From NCBI GenBank assembly GCA_000934665.2, contig JYFJ02001691.1, positions 52,830 to 72,829 of the forward strand: DNA of 20,000 nt. The letters are read 5' to 3'. The position numbers and the translations under genes were made by a program. How positions within the stretch are numbered: the first letter of the stretch is position 1; each line of letters begins with the position of its first letter. The notes beneath the pieces were generated by a model. That model saw only the letters and a list, made by a program, of their open reading frames with translations. It did no database searches and was not told where the DNA came from. The DNA comes from Catajapyx aquilonaris (taxonomy: Eukaryota). This document shows, in pieces, positions 9,951 to 20,000 of this stretch.

Positions 9951-10305
9951 AGGATTTACACTTGGGAGAACCTTGCTTAATATATAAGAAGACAATGAAT
10001 ATGTTTAGTTCAGAATTAAGTTTTAACTTATTTATAAATCAAGACCCAAAGTTTTTGAGTGCAATGATTAGAGCCTATACTTCATCAATATGATCTAAGG
10101 TGCCTCAAGATTACTTTTTTTCCCAAGATAAGACCGAAGTTAGGCTCGGAGAAAAGCCAGGCAAAAGTTTCGCCTTTTTCACGAGACGTGAATGTGCAAA
10201 TGGGTTCTACTTTTTTTTTTTTGCGAACAAAAATCCCCCTAGCACCATATAACTCTAATCGAACTCATCGACCTGGCCTAGTAATTATGACATGACATCT
10301 AACTC

Positions 10306-10319
10306 CCACTAGATGGCGG
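10306..10319 (+). promoter_or_regulatory. CTCF-consensus-matching motif
   Basis: CCACTAGATGGCGG matches CCASYAGRKGGCRS at all 14 positions. Motif match only, no binding evidence. Confidence 0.35.
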
Positions 10320-10860
10320 GCAAAAAAAAAATTCGGCGATGGAAGCCCAAACGACAATGCAAAACAGATAACGATGGAGGCTATCCGCATAAATTTGCAG
10401 GGCATCCGAGGGGAAAGTGTCGTCCAAAAAATAATGAAACAATGCAATCATTCACTATGTCCCTTCATAGAGCTAGAATCGATTGTTGTGTTTACGAAGG
10501 AAAAAAAAACTATGAATTTTTAAAGATCTACATGTATGGCCATGTAGACTTTTCGCTAATTAGGCTGAAAATCTTTATTAATCATTAATAATATGTGCTA
10601 GATTTTCTAATTGGAACACATAATCATATGTACTTAACACATTGCATATAAGTGCATAGTATGATGCAGTTCAATTGATTTAAAATGTATAAGTTCATTT
10701 TAACTCATTATTTCAACGCCATTGTTGTCGTAAAAGTTACAACAACAATGGTAGTAAAAGTAATGTCCATATTATTTTGTAATATAAAGATTTTAATGTA
10801 CGTTTAAAATGTATAGATTTTAATACCTTGAAAATGCAACAGGTAACAATGTCGCATTTA

Positions 10861-11515
10861 TATTACAGCTTTTACCGTTATTACATTTTAAAAGCTACAA
10901 CTTTAGCTACTACCCTACTATTTTAGCCATTACAATTTTAGTCATTACAATGTATGAGCTATTACGATTGTTAATTATTACAATCTTATGGGCTGCTACG
11001 GTTGTTAGTTATTACAATAATTGTTAGCTATTATAATATTATTAGTTATTACAATAATTGTTAGCTATTATAATATTATTAGTTATTACAATAATTGTTA
11101 GCTATTATAATTATTAGTTATTACGATAATTATTAGATATTACAATAATTGTTAGCTTTTATAATTATTAGTTATTACGATAATTGTTAGCTTTTATAAT
11201 TATTAGTTATTACAATAATTGTTAGCTTTTATAATTATTAGTTATTACAATAATTGTTAGCTATTACAATTTTACAAGCATTACAATCTTTACATTAAAA
11301 TTATTTACTATTAAAATGTGAAGATTGTAATTCTTGTAAAATTGTAATAGCGAACAATAATTGCTATTATTATTATTGTTGTTGTTGTTGTAATAACGAA
11401 TAAGTGTAATAAGACTAATAACTAATAATTGTAATTACTAACAATCGTAACAGCACTTAATTGTATAGCTGAAAATTGTAACTTTTAAAAAGTAATAACT
11501 GTAAAAGCTGTAATA
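10861..11515. mobile_element. AT-rich foldback element (long imperfect inverted repeat) with ~35-bp tandem expansion in the left arm
   Basis: tattacagcttttaccgttattac at 10861 is mirrored by gtaataactgtaaaagctgtaata ending at 11515. Central arms 11260-11289 / 11322-11351 are 29/30 complementary. ttattagttattacaataattgttagct(a/t)ttataa repeats ~7 times at ~11000-11270. Confidence 0.75.
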
Positions 11516-12230
11516 AATACAATATAATCGTAATATTTTGACCATTTAATCGTTGAAAATTGTAAATTAGTAAAACCTACCATTTTGGCGCCAAAATAAC
11601 GGCCGCGCCTGACCGTTAATCGCCGGTGCTGCCACCTTAGCCCCCAAAGTAGCCGCAGTGGCAATAAGCTCGTTTCATCTACCTGATTAAGGCAGACCAG
11701 AATTCAACAGCCAGAGGGGTTTAGTGTGTATGTTACGTGTATGTGTGTGTGGGAGGCTGGGATAGGCCACACTTAATCACAATGCACGATAGACCTGATG
11801 AAAATACTGCTTGTTTTCATTGCAGGGCCGTGCAATTTTGTCCTGTCCTGAATAGACGGGGTAGACCTATCCTCCCTACATCAGTTGGGAACAATGCGAG
11901 CGACATGAGCGTCGTTCATTGGAGCTATGTTAACAGGATATTAGAGCATGGAGAGAGGGGATAGGGGGGACTAGAACCAGATGCATGGCGAGGTACACTG
12001 CCTCTGAGTGCATAATTTCCTTGGGAATCGCAGGTGCAATTGCCACGGGTACGGCACTGCGCCTGCACGGTTCAGAGGTGCGCCGAAACAGCATTGATTC
12101 AACACGCTTCGTTTGGAGTGCAAACTGCAACCGGGCATACGCTACAAACATGAGGTGAACCTGGAAAAATGTCAGGAGTCACTCTAGGAATAATAACAAT
12201 ACGAGAGAACATACAACTTGCAATAATTAC

Positions 12231-13965
12231 GTCTTAAAAAGTACTTAAAAGACAGTCTTAAATCTTAAAAGACTCTTTTATATGACTGAAGTGACAAAAC
12301 AGGTCTTAAAAGACTCTTTTATATGACTGAAGTGACAAAACAGGTCTTAAAAGACTCTTTTATATGACTGAAGTGACAAAAACAGGTCTTAAAAGACTCT
12401 CCTAAATGACTTGATATGTAAACATTGTCCCAAAGGGCTTAGAACACAGTTCTCAGTGCTTCAAACACTATTTTAATAATCTTAAAAGACAGTCTTAAAT
12501 ATTAGAAGACTCTTTTGTATGACTGAAGTGACAAAACAGGTCTTAAAAGACTCTCCTAAATGACTTGATGTGTAAACATTGTCCCAAAGGGCTTAGAACA
12601 CGGTTCCAAGTGCTTAAAACACTATTTTAATTTTTAAGAATCTTAAAAGACAGTCTTAAATCTTAAAAGTCTCTTTTATATGACTGAAGTGACAAAACAG
12701 GTCTTAAAAGACTCTCCTAAATGACTTGATATGTAAACATTGTCCCAAAGGGCTTAAAACACGGTTCTAAGTGCTTAAAACACTATTTTAAGAATCTTAA
12801 AAGACAGTCTAAAATCTTAAAAGTCTCTTTTATATGACTTAAGTGACAAAACAGGTCTTAAAAGACTCTCCTAAATGACTTGATATGTAAACATTGTCCC
12901 AAAGGGCTTAAAACACGGTTCTAAGTGCTTAAAACACTATTTTAAGAATCTTAAAAGACAGTCTTAAAGCTTAAAAAGACACTTTTATAAGACTTAAGTG
13001 ACAAAAACCGTCTTAAAACACTCCTTATTGATTTAATATAATAATAATAATAATTCATACCCCGTTATCAGCCATCGGCTCTTTAGGGGGGAAGTTTGTT
13101 TTGGCTGGAACTCTTTGCTTTCATTTTACTGTGCTCATTGGGGTAGGATAGGGACGGAAGGAAGCGGCTGTGGCCTATTAATTACGGAAGCAACTCCGGA
13201 ATTTCCCTGGAAGGACCGTGGGAAACCACAGAAAACACGGTCAGAGTTGCCGGCCCCGGGATTCGAACCCAGGACCTACCGATTAGCAGTCGGACGCCTT
13301 ATCCAATATGCCAACCTGCTTCGGTCTTATTGATTTAATATATAAAACCTGTCCTAAAGGGCTTAGAAAAAGGTTAGGCTTAAAATACTATTTTAAGAAC
13401 CTTAAGAGACAGTCCTAAAGCTTACAAGACTGTCCTAAATCACTTAAAAGACAAAACCTGCCTTTAAAGGATTAAAAGACGGTGGTCCAAACAGCTTAAA
13501 AGACCATTTTAAAATACCGCACTTAAAAGTCAAAATCCGTCTTCAAATACTCATAAAAGACGTTAGTGACAAAAAACGGTCTTCAATGACTCTCCTAAAC
13601 GACTAACATATTTTAAAAACTGCCCTAAAAGGCTTAGAAAACGATCATATTCTTTTAAGAAACTTAAAAGACAGTCCTAAAGCTTAAAAGACTCCCCTAA
13701 ATCACAAAAGGAGTAAAAAACGGTCCTAACGGCTTAAAAGACCGGTACTTACCGGTACTTAAAAAGCCAAAATGATCTTAAGAATACTCAAAACACTAAA
13801 TTCGTCTTATGAATGATTTTTTTAAATAATTAAAAGACAAACCCCGTCTTAAAATACTCTAAATGGACTTAAAAGGCAAACAAATCTTTAAAGGCACTCT
13901 TAAATATGTTTTAAAAAGACAAAAAAATGGTCTTAAAATACTGTCTTAAATGCATTGAAATGGTT
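12231..13965. repeat. CTTAAAAGAC-based array containing a 41-bp x3 repeat and ~4.5 copies of a ~154-bp unit
   Basis: tatgactgaa at 12281/12322/12363. tgtaaacattgtcccaaagggctt at 12417/12571/12732/12886 (spacings 154, 161, 154). Degenerate continuation from 13345 to 13965. Confidence 0.88.
13041..13325 (-). mobile_element. tRNA-derived SINE, copy 2
   Basis: Minus strand shows box A TGGCATATTGG, CCGA-CTGCTAA-TCGG arm, box B GGTTCGAATCC and a short (ATT)n tail. Perfect 17-bp TSD cttattgatttaatata at 13024-13040 and 13326-13342. Confidence 0.93.
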
Positions 13966-14504
13966 TAAAGCTTTTTGGTGCCACATTTTCGGAGTACATC
14001 TGCTTATTAACATCCTTCTCACCCACTAGATGTAGTTGAGTTGGGAGTTTCGCCGGTAGATGGCGTGGGTATCTCGTTTCCAAGAGGTGGGCCTGGGAGG
14101 AGGCTACCTCCACTGTCATCAGTCGTGATGCGGCCTAGTATGAGGCTACAACCAAATAAGCATGTTGCAACCATAACCCTGAGTGACCTTAGATTGAACC
14201 CTTCAATTATAAAGTTAACGGATAATCTCAACGCCAAAAATAAGGAGGTGGAAAAGACAACAAAGCTTGTTTTAAAGCCAGCTCTTCGGCACACCTTGAA
14301 ACATTGATGAAATTCGTGGCCCGACATTCCTCGGGAAAGAAACTTTGAGGAGAGTAAAATATTAAACACTCGTTAAAGTAAAGCTTTCCCCGACTGTTTG
14401 CTCCAATTCCGTGTTTCCTCCCTCCTCTTTATTACCTTAAAAAAAGAAGGTTAAATCTCTCGAGAGGGTATCCTGGATTCAAAATGGCTCCCAAAAAAAA
14501 TTGT

Positions 14505-15250
14505 ACTATATGGTATAGGAACGACCTATGATTTTCATATGGTAGGAATGGCCATATGATTTTGCTGTGGTAGGAATGACCCCCCAAAATTTCCCAAAGG
14601 TATAGGGATGACACCTGCGATTTTTCGTACGGTAGGCTGAATGACCCTGTGATTTTTCCTATGGTAGGAATGACCCCTACTGATTTTGCATATGATACGA
14701 ATGACCTCTAATATTACTATAGTATGAATGACCATGTAATTTTTCTAGTAGGAATGGTCTCTACAGTTTTCCTGTTGTATGAATGACACCTATAATCTTC
14801 GTACAGTAGAAATGACCCCTATAATCTCCTTATGGTACGAATGACTCCTATCATTTCTCTAGTTGGCATGACCCCTACAATTTTCCTGTGGTATGAATAA
14901 CTCCTATAATCTTCCTGAGGGTATGAATGACTCCTATAATCTTCCTACGGTGGAAATGACCCCTATAATCTTCTTATGGTACGAATGACCCTATAATTTC
15001 TCTAGTAGACATGACCCCTATAATTTTCCTATGGTAGGAATGACCCCCAAAATAAAAATAAAAATAAATGCCCCAAAATAAAATATCTCTAGTAGGAATG
15101 ACCCCTACAATTTTCCAATGGTAGGAATGACCCTATAATTTTCCTATGGTAGGAATGACCCCCAAAATTTCCCTAGTAGGAATGACCCTTATAATATCCA
15201 TATGGTAGGAATGACACAGACATTTTTCCTATGGTAGGAATGACCCCTAC
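14505..15250. repeat. ~27-30-bp minisatellite (GGTAGGAATGACCCCTATAATTTTCCTAT)n
   Basis: Roughly 25 diverged tandem units with conserved gtaggaatgacc core. Confidence 0.9.
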
Positions 15251-15837
15251 AGAAATGGATTTTTTTTTCCTTAAAGAAAAAGAAGACGTCTGAAACAAAA
15301 GGTCTTCCAAGTTGCAAGACGCTTCTTTTATCCCTCAAAAAAAGTATCGATTCGAAGCTTCGATAAGAACCGGGCGTTGGTCCTGATTGCCGATTCATGT
15401 CAGTAAGGTAGCATTCCAAGCGCCTAGCTACTCGTCCCTTCGGTTTTTAGAGGCCCAACTGCCTAGTTCCTTCCTTTTTTTTCATTTTCAAGACCTTAGA
15501 AGCCTTTCCACCCTCTTCTTCAAGAAAAAAAAAACTCCTCCTAATGTTGCCTGGGCTAATCCAGGTTCTTTCTGTGGTTTTTGCGAAGAAAAAGTTTTTT
15601 CTTATGGGATTTGTGCTCATCTTGGATGTATGTAGTCAATTTTGGTGTCTAAACTTTAATTTGAACTCTATTGTTGACTCAGAATACACTGTTGTAGCTT
15701 TACAGACTGGATTCGCCCGCGCGCCTTCGGAGCTTGGCATCCCCACCGGTTGGCACTACATTCAGGATTGGCATTGCTGGAGCGAAGGGAGCGACGCCAT
15801 ACGCAGCTTTTTACAGCAAGTAGCGCACTCTAGTAAG

Positions 15838-16339
15838 TAGGACTGTGCGATATCCGAAATTGCATGTCGACTTTCGATACTCAAAAAATCGAATCGAAGT
15901 CGATATATATCGAAAATCGAAAAACCTACATCGAACCGACATCGAAATATAGCGAAAACAGACATCGAACCGACATCGAAAAGTAGCGAAAACCGACATC
16001 GAACCGACATCGAAAAATAGCGAAAACCGACATCGAACCGACATCGAAATATATCGAAAAGCGACATCGAAAAATAGCGAAAACCGACATCGAAATATAT
16101 CGAAAAGCGACATCGAACCGACATTGAAATATATCGAAAATCGACATCGGAAAATAGCGATATTCGATACATCGCACATGCCAAGCGTCGGATATCGCAA
16201 CTTCAGGGAGGTCCGATACTGATGGTACTTGTCTATGACCCTTAAGTTCGCCTCTACTGATTCATGTTTGATATCGCAACTTCGATATTAGGAAAATATC
16301 GTATCGACAGTCGATGTATCGAAATATCACACAGCCCTA
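15838..16339. mobile_element. hAT-type MITE with (CCGACATCGA) array, copy 2 (inverted relative to 6000-6510)
   Basis: TIRs taggactgtgcgatat / atatcacacagcccta. Flanks ctagtaag / c(ta)tagtaag. Subterminal sequences match copy 1. Confidence 0.88.
16205..16269. other. 65-bp insertion flanked by 14-bp direct repeats
   Basis: gatatcgcaacttc occurs at 16191-16204 and 16270-16283. The homologous site in the 6000-6510 copy has a single motif and no insert. Confidence 0.8.
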
Positions 16340-16354
16340 CTATAGTAAGTTATA

Positions 16355-16515
16355 CAGTTGAATCAGGATATAACAGACTTTCGGTTATAACATACTCGAA
16401 AGGCTGGTCCTGGCATGCTTCCATATATGGCCTGTGTATTCGGCTATAACAGACCTTGGTTACAACAGACTGATTTCCGAGGTCCCTTGAAGTCTATTAT
16501 ATCCGGATTAAACTG
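16355..16515. mobile_element. 161-bp Tc1/mariner (pogo/Tigger-like) MITE
   Basis: TA|cagttgaatcaggatataacagactt ... aagtctattatatccggattaaactg|TA (26-bp TIR, 3 mismatches). Internal gg(t/c)tataaca repeats of the TIR motif. Confidence 0.88.
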
Positions 16516-17708
16516 TACTACTCTCGGAGGTGGCGGGGTGGCCGGCCGGAGCGGACGGGCGATGGTGGCGCCCGTCTGGCGGTATATCCGGGCTGTACGG
16601 CCAACGGACCATGGTCTGAGGTGCAAAATTTCTCTTTATGGCCATAGCTCGAAAACGGCAGGGAAATTTGCAATTCTGCGAATTGTTCGCTTCACAATTG
16701 TGGACAAGAGCTTTCCAACGAGCCATCTCCCGATCCGCTAAGATGTCGGGAAGTGCTATATTTACTATATATGCTGTATAATGGGGTCGATATGCGTCAT
16801 TGGCTGCTACCATGCTACCCCCACTTACTATTGGCCGGCCGAACAGCCAATCAGCGCTCTGGTTCTCGCCTGCATGTAATCACAGTGTAATTGGCATTAC
16901 ACTGCAGTACTTTCAGATCCAGCAGTACCTCTATAGGGCTAGAAAATGGTGCAGGGTGAACAGGCCCCACAAAAACCCAGGACCAAGGCCTCGAGGGCCA
17001 AATTGAATCAAGGAGGAATGGGCGTGATGTCTTTCAAGGCGGTGAAAGCCGGACCAAACGAGGGAAACAAACAAAGTCAATGAAAAAGGGCCCTGCAGCA
17101 CTGAGACGCCGCATAAGAGAAAAAAAGGACTCAAAATGGCGTCCTTTCAAATGTGTCATGTTTCTTGTCATATTAGTGTCAGGCGTCAATTAATCTGTTT
17201 AAATCTACATACCGGTACTTGAATTGTCAGCCAACAAGTGACATATAGGTCAATATGGGGGGGGGGGGTATGGATTAGTACTTAGATATCCACCGTGGGT
17301 TTCATATTTGCGAGCATTAAATTTGCATGGAATACAAACAGACCATTGTTACGTGGGGGAGGCTCCTCCTCTCCCTACTTCCTTATATGTTTGTGTAGGA
17401 ATATTCCATCTAGGGTACCTCTTTTCAAAAATGGTGGATGTGCTCTGGACTGATAAAACCCTCTTTGCTATTTTTAGGCTCGGTTTTATCACTGAATATT
17501 TGATACACCCTACCTTCAATTATAAGGGTTTGGATTTGAGTTATGCATGAATTGAGGCCGTCTCGAGGTGTATGCTCTGTACACATTGAGTTAATGTGGT
17601 CATATCAAATGAGGGTGGCTCTTATACGTTATATGACACTGGATGGCGCTGGCGAGCAGTTTGGGTAGTCAGCTTCCGTGGTTCGCAATAAGCAGGCGTG
17701 GTTATGCA

Positions 17709-20000
17709 CTAAGATTGGCAAATCACGGGTGATTTGAGTAGACTTCTTTAAAAAGGCAGTCTGTCCGTCCGTGTACAGGTATCAGAGCCTAAACGGTAAG
17801 CGATATCGACAAACTGTTTTCGGATTCGGATTCAGCGTACCCTAAATAGACTTCAGGCCAACTTTGGGTGACCTGCCACTTCCGGTGGTCCGGGTACCGT
17901 CTATCCGCCAAGGTCAAATCTACAGGCGGGTGTCGTGTCAACGGGAAATAGATTGTCAGCATCATTCTCCGATCCCCAGACTTTTTCTCAAAAAATATAC
18001 AGAAGAACGGCTGTCTGCCCGTCCGTGGACAGATAGCTACCTGGGCCTAAATGGTAAGAGATATCGACAAATGGTTTTCGGATTCGGATTCAGCGTAGCC
18101 TAAATAGACTTCCGGCCATCTTTGAGTGACCCTCCACTTCCAGTTGTCCGGGTACAGTCTATCCGCCAAGGTCAATTCTACAGGCGGGTGTTCTTGGGTT
18201 CCTTGGAAGCTGGAAATTGATTGTTTCAACTGGAACAGTCCGGTCCGTGGACAGGTATCAGCCTAAACGGTAAGAGATATCTACAAACTGTTTTCGGATT
18301 CGGATTCAGCGGACCCTAATAGGTTTCAGATCAACTTTGTATGACCTGCCACTTCCGGTTGTCCGAGTTCACTCTATCCGACAAGGTCAAATCTACAGGC
18401 GGGGAATGGACCAAGGACACCTACTGTAGATTTGACCTTGGCGGATAGAGTGAATCCGGACAACCGGAAGTGGCAGGTAACACAAAGTTAACTTGAAACC
18501 TATTTAGCGGCTGATGAATCCGAATCCGAAAACCTTTTGTCGCTATATATCTTACAGTTTAGGCTTAGATACCTGTCCACGGACGGACCTGTATACTATA
18601 AGACTTTGCGATGAGGAAAAGTCTAGAAAGGCTTATTGAATTGTTCTGTCCGTCCGTCCGTCCGTCCGTGGACAGGTATCAGGGCCTAAACCGAAAATGA
18701 TAGCAACAAACTGTTTTCGCATTCGGATTCAGCGGACCCAAAACAGGTTTCAAAGCTAACTTCCGGTTGCCTTCCACTTCCGGTTTTCCGGCCTCACTTT
18801 ATCCGCCAAGGTCAAGTTTACAGCGTATAAATTTTCTTGTTACCTTGGCAACGGGAAATGGGACTGACAACATTCTATGGCATTGTTGTCCGGTTAGAAT
18901 CGCATCGGTTCGTATTGTATCGGGTTTGTCAGTCTCATTTCCCACTGCCAAATGGGAAAAAGTCTACTCGAATCACACTGACTTGCATTTCCGATCTTGT
19001 TACTCATTGGGCAGCGGGGAATGAGGCTGACAACAATATATATATTTCCGGTTGCAAGGACACCCGCCTGTAGATTTGACCTTGGCGAATAGAGCGTACC
19101 AGGACAACCGGAAGTGGCACATCGCCCAAAGTTGACCTGAAACATATTTAAGGTCCGCTGAATCCGGATCCAAAAACCGTTTGTCGCTATCGCTAACCGT
19201 TCAGGCTCTGATACCTGTCCACGGACGGACAGACGAACTTTTGTGAGAGAAACGATAGGTAAATCACGCGAGCGTGTGATTTGAGTATACCTTTTCTGAT
19301 TAGGCAACTTGGGAAATAAGACTGAACTTCGTTGAATACGATGCGATGCGATGCGATTCTAACTGGACAACAATGACATATATAGTCTCATTTCTCGCTG
19401 CTAAGCAACCTAAGAAAATTTATACTGTGCAGACTTGACCTTGGCGGATAGAGTGTACCCGGACAATCGGAAGTGGCAGGTCACCCAAAATTGACCTGAA
19501 ACCTATTTAGCGTCTGCTGGATCCGAATCCGAAAACAGTTTATCGCTATCTCTTGCGGTCTAGGCTCGGATACCTGTCCACGGACGGACAGACGGACTTT
19601 TTCAGTTGAAAACAATCTATTTCCTATTTTCAAGGAATCCAAGGACACCCGCCTGTAGAATTGACCTTGGCGGATAGACTGTACCCGCACAACCGAAAGT
19701 GGAAAGTCACCCAAAGTTGGCCTGAAACCTATTTAGGGTCCACTGAATCCGAATCTGAAAGCCGTTTGTCGCTATCTCCTACGGTTTAGGCCCTGATGCC
19801 TGTCCAGTGTCCACTGACGGACAGACAGCCGTTCTACTATATTTTTTGAGAAAAAGTCTAGGTATCGGAGAGTGATGCTGACAATCTCTTTCCGTTGCAA
19901 GGACACCCGGCTGTAGATTTGACCTTGGCGGATAGACTGTACCCGGACAACCGAAAGTGGCAGGTCACCCAAAGTTGGCCTGAAGCCTATTTAGGGTCCA
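17709..20000. mobile_element. Cluster of nine Helentron/HINE (DINE-1-like) ~175-bp cores in both orientations
   Basis: Core ctgtccgtccgtggacaggtatca...ttttcggattcggattcagc...ccacttccggttgtccg...tctatccgccaaggtcaaatctacagg is on + at ~17760, 18011, 18243 and 18646, and on - at ~18411, 19055, 19425, 19640 and 19898 (truncated). Also present are a (GTCC)n microsatellite, AGACTTT/AAAGTCT subterminal repeats and 3' stem-loops aaatcac..gtgattt. Confidence 0.8.
18597..19001 (+). mobile_element. Apparently complete ~405-bp HINE monomer
   Basis: 5' tataAGACTTTgcgatgaggaAAAGTCTa hairpin, then (GTCC)n, the core, a 3' subTIR aaaaagtcta, a decayed stem-loop and terminal tcttgtt. This is the order of parts described for DINE-1/HINE elements. 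Confidence 0.7.

Noticed and set aside
13245..13325. Functional tRNA-Ser gene
   Set aside because: No convincing acceptor stem, no long variable arm, and it is embedded in a TSD-flanked, tailed SINE present twice.
14505..15250. CRISPR-like appearance of the regularly spaced ~29-bp repeat (and the other arrays)
   Set aside because: Units are head-to-tail with no unique spacers, there are no cas genes, and the context is eukaryotic TE DNA.
16520..16870. GC-rich segment with motifs (atagctcgaaaacgg, agagctttccaacgag) reminiscent of DNA-transposon interiors
   Set aside because: Single copy in the window with no termini or TSD found, so it cannot be classified.

Overview
This is eukaryotic, probably invertebrate, non-genic DNA made almost entirely of nested non-autonomous transposable elements and short-motif arrays. 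I cannot support any intact protein-coding gene, and nearly all long ORFs in the track are translations of repeats. Supported elements are: two copies of a ~330-bp non-autonomous Helitron (5'-TC...hairpin-CTAG-3', A|T target); three related hAT-type MITEs with C(A/T/G)AGGGGTTA(A/C)C ends carrying internal short-motif arrays; two copies of a second hAT-type MITE (TAGGGCTGTGCGATAT ends); two TA-flanked Tc1/mariner-type MITEs; two copies of a tRNA-derived SINE with 15- and 17-bp TSDs and (ATT)n tails; a foldback element; an incipient ~154-bp satellite; a probable decayed RTE-clade LINE 3' end; and a >2.2-kb cluster of Helentron/HINE (DINE-1-like) cores arranged as nested inverted repeats. The most interesting signals are array-carrying MITEs that share ends but differ in cargo, a GATTAC motif phased at ~10.5 bp, the higher-order palindromic HINE cluster, and recurrent short snap-back inverted duplications. 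I do not see a convincing novel protein-based system. All calls were made by eye with no searches run, and array boundaries are approximate.
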